Virus record (IMG/VR): IMGVR_UViG_3300025150_000004
Location: 32,001 to 96,000 of that record
Origin: a virus
DNA: 64,000 nucleotides
Strand: one strand, 5' to 3'
Below, piece after piece: positions 27,908 to 36,888 of the stretch; position 1 is the first letter of the stretch; each line of letters opens with the position of its first letter. The notes beneath the pieces were generated by a model, which was given only the letters and a program-made list of their open reading frames with translations, ran no database searches and was not told the origin of the DNA. Both the position numbers and the translations under genes were made by a program.

Positions 27908-29182
27908 ATGGCACAGGACCCGCTGCTTGTAGACCAGATCCAGATCGAGCCCGGTGCTGCGGGGACTCGTCTGATCGACCGGGACCCGGGTACTGGTGCC
28001 CTGCGGTTTCAGGATGCCGTCCTCGGGTCTCCACTCGCTCTCAGTCAATTGGCTGGGTTGCGGAACATCGCCAACGTCCTCGTCGTCGGCAAGAGCGGGG
28101 CGGGTGCCCAGTACACCACCGTCCAGGCGGCGCTCGACGCCGTGCCCTCGAATGCCTCCCCGACCAACCCCTACATGGTTCTGGTCATGCCGGGGGTTTA
28201 CACGGAGACGGTCAACATCGTTCGGGATGGGGTGTTCCTCATCGGGCTGGGACGGCCAACCATCCAGTCGGCGCTCGAAGCGACCCCCAACGCCCCTGGG
28301 AACGACCACACCGTCATCATCTCCGCCCAGTTGGGGACCATCCCCCAGTTGTGCATTCTCCAGAACTTCCGCATCACCAACGCCCATGACACCAAGGCAT
28401 GTGTGCGCCTCACCGGGGGGGCTGTTTCTCAGGTGGGTGGTGCTGGGCAGGGGATCGAGCTTCGGGACTGTCTGCTGGAGGCCAACGCCGCAGGGGGGAA
28501 CAGGGTCTTGTGGGCTACGGCGGTCAATCGGGCTCTTCTGGACCGCTGCTGGCTCGAAGGGACCACATCAGCCCTTCTCCTTGTCGAGGAGGTGGCGAGT
28601 TTCGCTATCCGGCAGGCGGCCGTCGGTTGCGGGGTGAGCCTCCGGTACGACACAGCCAACGCCGTTCCTGCCGATGCTGCTGTGGGCTACAGTTTCGAGT
28701 CCTGCTCCGAGGTCGCTGGAGATACCATCCTGGCCCCGGCCGTGTCCGTGGACCTGGAGGGGGCTGGGGCGTTTCAGATGAACGCCTGCACGGTGGGTGG
28801 AGCCCAGGTGCAGTTGAGCGGGGACCAGCAGACCTTCCTGGTCCAGAATTCCGTTTTGCCTGACCTCTCCCTTCTGGAGACGGTAGGTCTCACCCTGAGC
28901 AACTCGTCCCGTGGGGATCTGGTGGCTCCGAACGCCAACGCCACCCTTCGAGAGAACGGGCGGGATGGTATCGTAGCGTTCGCTGCCGTCACCACCGTAG
29001 CGGTGACCTTCGACATCCCGTACCCCGCCGGGTTCACCGACTACAACATCGGGTTCGAACTGGATGCCCGCCCCGCCAACGACGAGACACCTTGGGTCAC
29101 GGGCAAGGCCAACACAGGGTTCACCATCAACTTCTTCACGGCCCAGACGCTCAACGTCCGTTGGTCGGCCACGGTCCGGTAG
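27908..29182 (+). CDS. Pectin-lyase-fold (beta-helix) virion fibre or spike protein
   Basis: VGKSGAGAQYTTVQAALDA ... VLVMPGVYTETVNI resembles a pectinesterase-type N-terminus; C-terminal VTGKANTGFTI module. Confidence 0.65.
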   Translation: MAQDPLLVDQIQIEPGAAGTRLIDRDPGTGALRFQDAVLGSPLALSQLAGLRNIANVLVVGKSGAGAQYTTVQAALDAVPSNASPTNPYMVLVMPGVYTETVNIVRDGVFLIGLGRPTIQSALEATPNAPGNDHTVIISAQLGTIPQLCILQNFRITNAHDTKACVRLTGGAVSQVGGAGQGIELRDCLLEANAAGGNRVLWATAVNRALLDRCWLEGTTSALLLVEEVASFAIRQAAVGCGVSLRYDTANAVPADAAVGYSFESCSEVAGDTILAPAVSVDLEGAGAFQMNACTVGGAQVQLSGDQQTFLVQNSVLPDLSLLETVGLTLSNSSRGDLVAPNANATLRENGRDGIVAFAAVTTVAVTFDIPYPAGFTDYNIGFELDARPANDETPWVTGKANTGFTINFFTAQTLNVRWSATVR

Positions 29183-29192
29183 GAGGATGTAA

Positions 29193-29756
29193 ATGTCTGA
29201 TTTCTGGGAGGAGTTCGCCAACGCCTACGTGGTCGAGTCGGCCATCGATCAGGTGCTTCAGGGCCGGGAGATGGGAGGTCCGGCGACGACCTCGATGCAG
29301 GATCTCACGGACAAGGGCCGGGCCGCCAACGCCCTCCGGCCGCCGTTCGACGCCGGACGCCGGGTGTCGTTCGTGGCCAACGTCGGCTCTGTCCTGACCT
29401 ACGACCGCATCCCCGACGAGGGTGTCGAGGGGACCATCATCAAGGTCAAGTCCGGCGGCGAGAAGAAGACCTCGGAGGGGGAACTGGTGTTCGTCCACTG
29501 GGACGACGGGGCCTTCCGGCCCATCTACGCCGAACATCTCCGTCCCGGGTCCTCGAACCGGAGGATGGCCAGCAACGTCGCCATCCGGGTGGCGAGTCTG
29601 GACATGGTGGGCCAGTTCTTCGCTCAGCACCGCTCAGCGGGGTCGGATGAGCTTGTCCACAAGGCCACCAAGGACTTGTGGAGCTTCCGCAAGGAGGACA
29701 AGGGCTACGTCATCGAGCGCCTGTTCGACTACCGGGGGGAGCCTCTCAAGGTCTGA
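29193..29756 (+). CDS. Hypothetical head-module protein
   Basis: AGGAGG RBS; typical codon bias. Confidence 0.75.
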   Translation: MSDFWEEFANAYVVESAIDQVLQGREMGGPATTSMQDLTDKGRAANALRPPFDAGRRVSFVANVGSVLTYDRIPDEGVEGTIIKVKSGGEKKTSEGELVFVHWDDGAFRPIYAEHLRPGSSNRRMASNVAIRVASLDMVGQFFAQHRSAGSDELVHKATKDLWSFRKEDKGYVIERLFDYRGEPLKV

Positions 29757-29766
29757 ACCCGGCCCG

Positions 29767-29780
29767 GGTATTCGGCCTAT
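29767..29780 (+). promoter_or_regulatory. Putative late promoter, GGT-N7-CTAT
   Basis: GGTATTCGGCCTAT, 13/14 identical to the 26862 copy. Confidence 0.6.
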
Positions 29781-29806
29781 AGGCCCTCGAAGGTAGGAGC
29801 CGGAGG

Positions 29807-30697
29807 TTGCACAGGATGCCCTGGAAGAACGCCAGCCCGGACCGCAAATCGGTCCTCCGAGTCGCCCGTGAGGCCACCATGCGTGGTTTTCGGATGCGTG
29901 TGGCTGGCGAAGTCCGGTTCATCAAGGACCGGGGTGGTGACCACAACGAATGGGGCTGGAACCCGCCGGGGGCATCCGAGCGCCAGATCGACCCCGATTA
30001 CGAGTTCAACCCGAAGAACCTGGAGCCCCTGGCCCGGGTTCTTCGGTCGGCCCTCATGGCACTCGGCCATCTCCAGACGGCCCGGACGGTCTTCACGAAG
30101 ATCAAGTCCCAGCGGGTCAGCCCGGACGGAAACCTCGGTGGCAAGGGCTACGTGATGCCCATCAAGGACATCCGCAAGCAGTTCGCCAACTGCGACGAGG
30201 CGCTCTCGGCCATCACGGACTCCATCTACGACGAGATCAACGCCATCCACTGGCACCCGCAGGTGGACGACTCGGGCGGCAACCCCCGTGAGCGTCAGGA
30301 GGTGCAGGAGATCATGGATGACGTGGAGGAGATTCGGGACAACCCGGAGGAATGGGCTGAGGGTGAGGAAGCCGAGATGGACACCGAAGGCCCCAACGAG
30401 GCGGATGGGGTCCACAAGCTGGCCTCTTCCCGGGTGACCCTCGGGATCCTGCCCTCCGGCCAGTTCTGGGTCGTCCCTTTCCGCCAGGGGCGCCAAGATG
30501 CTCCTGCCATTGCCCCGAACACCGCAAAGGCAATGTCCGTGGCGAAGGATGTCTCACGGATGCCCGGCATCGACCATGTCCAAGTCCATGATTCTCTTGG
30601 GGGTTTGGTCGTCACTGTCGAGCGGGGTTCGATCAAACACAGTGCTTCGGTCCAGCGAGTGGCCGCCATGTATCTCGCACGGAGGGACGCTCGATGA
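29807..30697 (+). CDS. Hypothetical head-module protein with C-terminal RVAAMY motif (start may be ATG 29816)
   Basis: GGAGG RBS; typical codon bias. Confidence 0.7.
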   Translation: MHRMPWKNASPDRKSVLRVAREATMRGFRMRVAGEVRFIKDRGGDHNEWGWNPPGASERQIDPDYEFNPKNLEPLARVLRSALMALGHLQTARTVFTKIKSQRVSPDGNLGGKGYVMPIKDIRKQFANCDEALSAITDSIYDEINAIHWHPQVDDSGGNPRERQEVQEIMDDVEEIRDNPEEWAEGEEAEMDTEGPNEADGVHKLASSRVTLGILPSGQFWVVPFRQGRQDAPAIAPNTAKAMSVAKDVSRMPGIDHVQVHDSLGGLVVTVERGSIKHSASVQRVAAMYLARRDAR

Positions 30698-32979
30698 GCA
30701 CCGACAAAACTGGCATCGACTGGGAGGCCCTGTTGGGTGAGTCCCAGCTTCCCGCCGATGAGTTCACCTGGACGGACGGGTCCAACTACGGCCTCGACGG
30801 CTACCATTTCGACCAGACCATGGGCGAGGGGGTGAAGAACCGTCCGGCCCAGCCGGGGACCACTCCCAACCCGCTTCGGGACAACCTCTACAACGCCACC
30901 ATGCCCACCGTCGGTGACCTCCCGGGAGAGGTACTCGGGGTCGAGCCCTCAGACGTGTCGTTTGTGGACGAGCCTGTTCATGCTGTCGAGGACGGTTTCC
31001 ACCTGGGGTCCATGCTGGAGGACACTGAGATTCCCCTCTCGAAGGAGGCCAAGGAGGCCATCGCCTCCCTGTCGGACCTGTCCTGGCTCGACCCGACGCA
31101 GGAGCAGGATCCCGAGAGGCTGCCCAAGGAGCTTCTGCCCGACCGGCCCCCGCTGAACTCCTCACCCGAGTTGGCGGAGGCGTGGGGCGTGGACCGCCGC
31201 ACGGACGGCATCAGCCTGATCCCCAACAAGGACCGGGAGGCCGAGGCGTTCTACGAGAGCATCAAGAGCCCGCCCCCCGCTCTCCCTGGGGTTCGAGCGG
31301 CGGCCGAGCAGTTCGTCCCTGCCGTGCAGCGGGCCATCCGCCGGTCCCACTACGGCGAGTCCCTCAAAGACATCGCTCAGGAGTTGGTGGACACGCTGGG
31401 GGACAAGGACCCACGGCTTGCCACGGTGATGGAGCGGATTGCCGCCGATCACGGCCTGGCAGGAACGGTGTTCATCAACGCCAACGCCTTCCCCGGGCTC
31501 AAGAACGGCAAGTGGGTCAAGGAGTTGAAGCGGATTGCCCGTTCGGCAGCCTTCGTCATCACCGACGACAACACCGTGGCCACCAAGCTCGGACGTGTGA
31601 AGGCCAAGTCCCTCAACTGGGACACGGTGCTGACGTTCTACAAGCCCCGGCTCGAAGCCGCCGGGTACAAGCTCGCCAGCGGAGACCCCAAGGAAGCACT
31701 GCGGAGGGCTTTCCTGACCGGCCCGGCAAAGCCCGAGGTCGCCGCCAGCCACAAACCCGTGGATGTCCGCCCAGCCGACCGGATCTCGGCGGCGGATGCT
31801 TTCGGTCGTCTGGCCGCAGCGGGTCCGTCGGAGGTCCAGGTGATCGAGGCCCTGGAGAAGCGGGCCATCGAACGCAAGCGCTCTGCCCTCATGGTCGAGA
31901 TCCGCAAGTGGGCTGAGACGGGCCGCCTCTCCCAGGAGGAGGCTCTCCGGCTGGCCACCAGTACAGCGGATCCGACCGACATCCGCCGGTGCCTGGCCAC
32001 CCTTGTGATGGTCACGGCGAACAACGTCTACGACGGGACCGGAACCCTCGTGCCGCAGCAGGCCCACCTCATGCGCCAGGGGGCCTTCAAGTCCCTGGCC
32101 GAAAAGGAGGCAGCCCTGGAGGCCGGGGAGCGGAAGAAGTTCGCCGTTCACCTCGCCAAGCAGGTCAAGGCAGGGCTCCTCACCAAGGAGGAGGCCCAGA
32201 AGATCCTCGCTCTGGACAAGCCGGTCCACGAGCTTCGCCGGGTGGCCACCATGGCCATTCAGACGGCTGGGCAGCACCGGAAGGTCAAGATGGAGGCCGC
32301 CGAGCAGCGGGACTACTCGGGGCCGGAGTACCGGCCTGCGGAGCAGCGGGTCTCGGCCGTTCCCGACCTCACCGCCTACCAGAAGAAGGTCATTGCCCAC
32401 GCCGAGAAGACCGGCATCGACGCCCGGGAGTTCTTCGCTCTCCTGCGCTACGCCAGCCGGGAGATGAACGAGGGCATGATGGGCAAGACCCTCACTGCCA
32501 TGCTCGACGTGCGGTTCACCCAGGGCCTCCTGAAGGCTGCCGAGCCCCTCCTGCGAGAGCTACGGGCCGAGCACGAGGGGCTGGCGGGGACGGTCTACGT
32601 GGACGCCTCTGCCTATGCCTCTCCGTCGGGGGTCAAGGGATGTGAGGGTGGGGCTCTCAAGCATCGGGCGAACCAGATCAAGACGGTCCTGGCCATGCCT
32701 CGTTGTGGCGGGTGCGTCCATGCCCGGGAGGGTATGTGCTCGATCTACGGCAAGCCGCTCATCAAGGCGGCTTCCGAGGTTCTGCCGGACGTGAAGACCG
32801 CCCAGCGGCAGATGCTCCACATGGCGGATGCCTCGGATGCCGAGGTGACGGGCTCCTACTTCAGTCCGAACGAGTTCAACCTGGGCTCGCAGTTGGACAG
32901 CATCGACCTGATCGAGCAGGCCCCGGCCGACAAGCTGGGAGAGATCTTGTTCGGCGGGATGCACCTCGGGGAGGAGTGA
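30694..32979 (+). CDS. Large hypothetical head-module protein with C-terminal Cys cluster
   Basis: 761 aa; CGGC ... C motif; ATGA overlap with the upstream gene. Confidence 0.75.
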   Translation: MSTDKTGIDWEALLGESQLPADEFTWTDGSNYGLDGYHFDQTMGEGVKNRPAQPGTTPNPLRDNLYNATMPTVGDLPGEVLGVEPSDVSFVDEPVHAVEDGFHLGSMLEDTEIPLSKEAKEAIASLSDLSWLDPTQEQDPERLPKELLPDRPPLNSSPELAEAWGVDRRTDGISLIPNKDREAEAFYESIKSPPPALPGVRAAAEQFVPAVQRAIRRSHYGESLKDIAQELVDTLGDKDPRLATVMERIAADHGLAGTVFINANAFPGLKNGKWVKELKRIARSAAFVITDDNTVATKLGRVKAKSLNWDTVLTFYKPRLEAAGYKLASGDPKEALRRAFLTGPAKPEVAASHKPVDVRPADRISAADAFGRLAAAGPSEVQVIEALEKRAIERKRSALMVEIRKWAETGRLSQEEALRLATSTADPTDIRRCLATLVMVTANNVYDGTGTLVPQQAHLMRQGAFKSLAEKEAALEAGERKKFAVHLAKQVKAGLLTKEEAQKILALDKPVHELRRVATMAIQTAGQHRKVKMEAAEQRDYSGPEYRPAEQRVSAVPDLTAYQKKVIAHAEKTGIDAREFFALLRYASREMNEGMMGKTLTAMLDVRFTQGLLKAAEPLLRELRAEHEGLAGTVYVDASAYASPSGVKGCEGGALKHRANQIKTVLAMPRCGGCVHAREGMCSIYGKPLIKAASEVLPDVKTAQRQMLHMADASDAEVTGSYFSPNEFNLGSQLDSIDLIEQAPADKLGEILFGGMHLGEE

Positions 32980-32981
32980 AC

Positions 32982-33554
32982 ATGAACCGAGGAAGCAGAA
33001 ACGACCAGCGATTGGTCAGCCCGGCTTCCGGGTTCGCCAACCGGCTCGTGGCCAACCTGGCAGCGGGAGGGTCTCCCGACAAGGGGGCACCTTTCAACGC
33101 TCAGACCATCCGAACGGCCTGGTCCTCTCGGAGCCTCTCCGAGGGAAACCGGCCTGGGTTCCAGGCGAGCATGACCCGGACCCTCGGGCAGGATTTCCGG
33201 CCGGTGATGCAGATCACCGTGAGCGACAACGATTTCTCCACGGGAGCCTGCCTGCTCAAGATCGGGGACTACGTGTTCGTGGCCGGAGTGGACTACCTGG
33301 TGGGGGCTCTCGCAGCCAACACGGCCACCAACCTGTCGGCGGCCCTGGACCGCATCCCGGGGTGGAACTCCACGGTTGTGGGGGCCGACATCCAGGTCTC
33401 GTACCCGCACCCGGGTCGGATTCGCTACGAAGTGCGGCACTTGGGGACCATTGCGAACCTCACTCTGGCCGGTCCAGGCGGAGCGGCTTTCGAGCGGGCG
33501 GACCTCATGAGCTACAGCGCCATCGAACCCACTCCGCCCATCGTGACGCCGTGA
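32982..33554 (+). CDS. Hypothetical protein, possibly structural
   Basis: GGAGGAG RBS before ATG 32982. Confidence 0.65.
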   Translation: MNRGSRNDQRLVSPASGFANRLVANLAAGGSPDKGAPFNAQTIRTAWSSRSLSEGNRPGFQASMTRTLGQDFRPVMQITVSDNDFSTGACLLKIGDYVFVAGVDYLVGALAANTATNLSAALDRIPGWNSTVVGADIQVSYPHPGRIRYEVRHLGTIANLTLAGPGGAAFERADLMSYSAIEPTPPIVTP

Positions 33555-33568
33555 GGAGGTAAGGACTG

Positions 33569-34243
33569 ATGGCGGCGCAGAGCAAAAAGGTTCGGGCAGA
33601 CCTCCTGGCAAAGGTTCCGCCGGGGGCTCGTCGAGTCAAGGTCGAGACGGAGAAGGGCGAGACCAAGTACAAGCCCATCGACGAACTCGCCGATACCGAC
33701 ATCATCTGCACCTCGGCAGACGGGGACCCCATCGTCATGCGGGCCAAGCCGGGCCGCAAGGCCAAGGCCGACCCGCAGCCGGTGAACGACACCATCAAGG
33801 AACTGGTCAAGCGCAAGCAGGCGGCCGTCACCACCGACCCCCTTCGGGACGCTGCCGAGAAGGAGCCCGACTCCGAGATCGTCCTCCATGAGGTTCTCAA
33901 GGGCCTGACCGAGGAGGTGGCCTCGCTCCATTTCGAGAGGGCAGAAGCGGAGCGAACCGGCAAAGAGACCAGCCAGATCAGCGTCCGCCGGATCGGTGGT
34001 CTGAAGGCCGTGGCCGAGACCTGGCTCAAGCGCAAGGACCAGATCGCCACCAAGTCCGTGGACCCCGACTCCCCCGGGTTCAAGGCGGCTTTCCAGTTCG
34101 TGCTGGAGACGATGAAGGAGGCCATGCTGTCCGCCGGGCATCGTCCCGAGATGGTGCAGACCGTCTTCTCGAAGTTCAGCAGCATGACGGCCACCGAGTC
34201 CTGGGAGGCAGAACTGAAGGCCCACATCAAGAAGGCGGTGTGA
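33569..34243 (+). CDS. Putative terminase small subunit
   Basis: Helical protein immediately upstream of TerL; assignment from position only. Confidence 0.45.
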   Translation: MAAQSKKVRADLLAKVPPGARRVKVETEKGETKYKPIDELADTDIICTSADGDPIVMRAKPGRKAKADPQPVNDTIKELVKRKQAAVTTDPLRDAAEKEPDSEIVLHEVLKGLTEEVASLHFERAEAERTGKETSQISVRRIGGLKAVAETWLKRKDQIATKSVDPDSPGFKAAFQFVLETMKEAMLSAGHRPEMVQTVFSKFSSMTATESWEAELKAHIKKAV

Positions 34244-34253
34244 GTTACTTCGT

Positions 34254-36215
34254 ATGGGTCTTTCAAGTCTCGCTCTCGACATCGGCCAATCGGTCGCTCC
34301 TGTTCAGGACGCAGTCGCCGACATCATCACCTTCGTCGAGGCCCGTTGGGGTCTGAACCAGAAGCTCTACCCCGTCCAACGGATCATCCTCAAGTGCCAC
34401 TACGGCATCCCGCTGGATGACAACCCGTGGGGGCTCGACCTCAGCCAGCCGGTTCCACTGGGTCATCCCCAGTACGACGAGATCACGACAAAGGAGGGCT
34501 CGGAGAAGGGCTTCTACCGCTGGCGGGTGAAGATCTCCGACTGGCGGCGGGAGAACTGGAGGATCATGTCGGAGGCCGACTACCTCCGAATGCTCTACGA
34601 CGAGGGCCGCTCGAACATCCGAGAAGTGGTTCCTGGCCATGAGCGTCGGGAGATGGTGCTCTCCATCGGCCGCCGGTCCGGCAAAACCCACCTGGCCGCC
34701 TGTGTGGCCGCCTACGAGACCTACAAGCTCATCAAGAAGGGGGACCCGCAGTTCTACTACGGGCTCCCGGTCGGCGAGGTCATCGGCATCATCTCGGTCG
34801 CCACGGACAAAGAGCAGGCCGGGATCCTCTACTCGAAGGTGTCCGGTTACTACAAGGAGTGCCCTTACTTCGGCCCCTACACGGCCAACAACACGATGTC
34901 CTACGCCCGGTTCCAGACCCCCAAGGACATCGAGCGTTACGGCCGGTACATCGAGGACGAGAAGGCCAACGCCACCATTCGGGTGACGTTCCGGCCCTGT
35001 CGAGCCAAGGGTCTTCGAGGCCCTGGCAACATCGTCATCATCCTCGACGAGCTTGCCCACTTCTCGGACGGCGGGCAGTCGTCGGCCAAGGAGGTCTACG
35101 ACGCCGTCACCCCGTCGATTTCTGCCTTCTCCCCCAAGGACCCCGAGGACGCCACGACCCCGACCGGGGACGTGGAGGGGCGGGTTCTCTCGATCTCCAG
35201 CCCCCTGGGCAAGCAGGGCCAGTTCTACACGCTGTTCCAGATCGGCATGAAGGGCGGCAAGGCCGGGGAGAACATGGTGTGCATCCAGGCACCGACCTGG
35301 GAGGTGAACCCGACCGTCCCGTCCAACGAGTTCGAGAAGCACTACCTCAAGGACCCCAACGTTTTCTTCACCGAGTACGGGGGCGAGTTCACCGACCGGA
35401 CCCGGGGCTGGATCGACGATGCGGCCGACCTTCTGGCCTGCGTGGACCCGGCTCATCGCCCGACCGACCGGGGTATGCCTCGCCGTTCCCACTTCGTCGG
35501 CCTCGACTTCGCCCTTGCCGGGGACGGCACGGCCATCGCCATCGGTCACGTCGAGAACGGGGTCATCGTCCTCGATTACCTGGAGGAGATCCGGGCCGGG
35601 GAGGGCAAGTACGCCCACGTCGAGCGCCTGGACTTCGACGAAGTGGCCGATTGGGTCCACGACCTGTCCAGGCGGTTCTACTTCGCCTCGGGTTTGTTCG
35701 ACCAGTGGGCCGGGATCGTGTTCGAGCAGGCGCTCAAGAAGCGGGGCCTCTCCCAGTTGGTGAGCACCCACTTCACGAAGCAGTTGAACAGCCAGTTGTT
35801 CAGCAACTTCAAGGACATGATGTGGGACAAGCGGCTGAAGCTGTACGACTGGCCGAAGCCAAACCCCAGCGCCGGGGACGGGAGCCGGGTCGAGCACTGC
35901 CCGTACATCATGGAGCTTCTGACCCTTCAGGCGGAGTACCAGACCAAGTACATCACGGTCGTCTCCGCCCCCAACGCCCCGGGGAAGCACGACGATATGT
36001 CGGACGCCTTGGTTCGGATGGTCTGGGCGGCCAGTCAGAACATCACCAAGACCCCCTACATCGCTGGGTCTCGGGACAAGCAGGTGCGGGGGCGGACCGT
36101 CCCCAGTCCTGCGGCCGTCCGCAAGGCGTTCATCAAGTCCAAGCGTGTCGGTGGCAGCAGCCCTGATCGGCAGCCCTCCCGCATCAACCGAGGTCGGATT
36201 CGTGGGAGGTTCTGA
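34254..36215 (+). CDS. Terminase large subunit
   Basis: LYPVQ, IGRRSGKT (Walker A), IILDELAHF (Walker B), SSP, FVGLDFAL ... D, FDQW, GKHDDMSDAL nuclease motifs. Confidence 0.93.
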   Translation: MGLSSLALDIGQSVAPVQDAVADIITFVEARWGLNQKLYPVQRIILKCHYGIPLDDNPWGLDLSQPVPLGHPQYDEITTKEGSEKGFYRWRVKISDWRRENWRIMSEADYLRMLYDEGRSNIREVVPGHERREMVLSIGRRSGKTHLAACVAAYETYKLIKKGDPQFYYGLPVGEVIGIISVATDKEQAGILYSKVSGYYKECPYFGPYTANNTMSYARFQTPKDIERYGRYIEDEKANATIRVTFRPCRAKGLRGPGNIVIILDELAHFSDGGQSSAKEVYDAVTPSISAFSPKDPEDATTPTGDVEGRVLSISSPLGKQGQFYTLFQIGMKGGKAGENMVCIQAPTWEVNPTVPSNEFEKHYLKDPNVFFTEYGGEFTDRTRGWIDDAADLLACVDPAHRPTDRGMPRRSHFVGLDFALAGDGTAIAIGHVENGVIVLDYLEEIRAGEGKYAHVERLDFDEVADWVHDLSRRFYFASGLFDQWAGIVFEQALKKRGLSQLVSTHFTKQLNSQLFSNFKDMMWDKRLKLYDWPKPNPSAGDGSRVEHCPYIMELLTLQAEYQTKYITVVSAPNAPGKHDDMSDALVRMVWAASQNITKTPYIAGSRDKQVRGRTVPSPAAVRKAFIKSKRVGGSSPDRQPSRINRGRIRGRF

Positions 36216-36472
36216 TGCCGTCTCTCAAGCCCCACGTTCCCCCACGGGCTGACCAGCGCTTCATCCTCAAGCTCGTGCAGATCTCCCTCGGGGACAAGGT
36301 GGAGCACCGCCCTTCGGAGTTTGAGCGCATCTCCCGGGTATTCTCACGTATGGGTGGCTCTTGGGAGCGGATTTTCCGGGGCGGCAGCCCAGAGGACGTG
36401 AACCTGCTCAAGCGAATCCTCAAGGCTGCGGTCAAGCACGGCTACCTCACGAAGAAAGAGGGCTGGAACTAA
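36215..36472 (+). CDS. Hypothetical protein
   Basis: Translationally coupled to TerL and to the next gene. Confidence 0.65.
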   Translation: MPSLKPHVPPRADQRFILKLVQISLGDKVEHRPSEFERISRVFSRMGGSWERIFRGGSPEDVNLLKRILKAAVKHGYLTKKEGWN

Positions 36473-36888
36473 TGGCGCTGAAGGACCGCAGAAGGGCCAA
36501 AGCCGAGCAGACCAATCCGGTTGACCGGGAGGTTCAGGGGCACTTGCAGGTAGCCCTCAAGGAGATCGACCGGGCCATGGCCGTTTACGGACGGATCTCC
36601 CGTAGTGCCCGCCAGGAGGACCAGCAGGTCGCCGGGCGGGCTCGGCAGAACAGGGCCATCCTCGAAGCGGCCAAGGCCCAGTTGTCTCGGGTGACCAACC
36701 TGAAGGCGGCTCTCGAACAAGACATTGACCTGCTCCCCGAGACCGTCAGGGAGCAGTTGTCCCGGGAAGCCAGTCTCAAGCGCCGGGCCGAGGATGATGC
36801 CAAGAGGCGGCAGCGCCAGACCGAGGAGTCCGTCCAGAATCTCCTGGCCTCGCTCGGAAAGGGTGCGTCGGGAGCGGCGGCTGAATGA
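36472..36888 (+). CDS. Hypothetical helical protein
   Basis: TAATG overlap; coiled-coil character. Confidence 0.6.
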   Translation: MALKDRRRAKAEQTNPVDREVQGHLQVALKEIDRAMAVYGRISRSARQEDQQVAGRARQNRAILEAAKAQLSRVTNLKAALEQDIDLLPETVREQLSREASLKRRAEDDAKRRQRQTEESVQNLLASLGKGASGAAAE

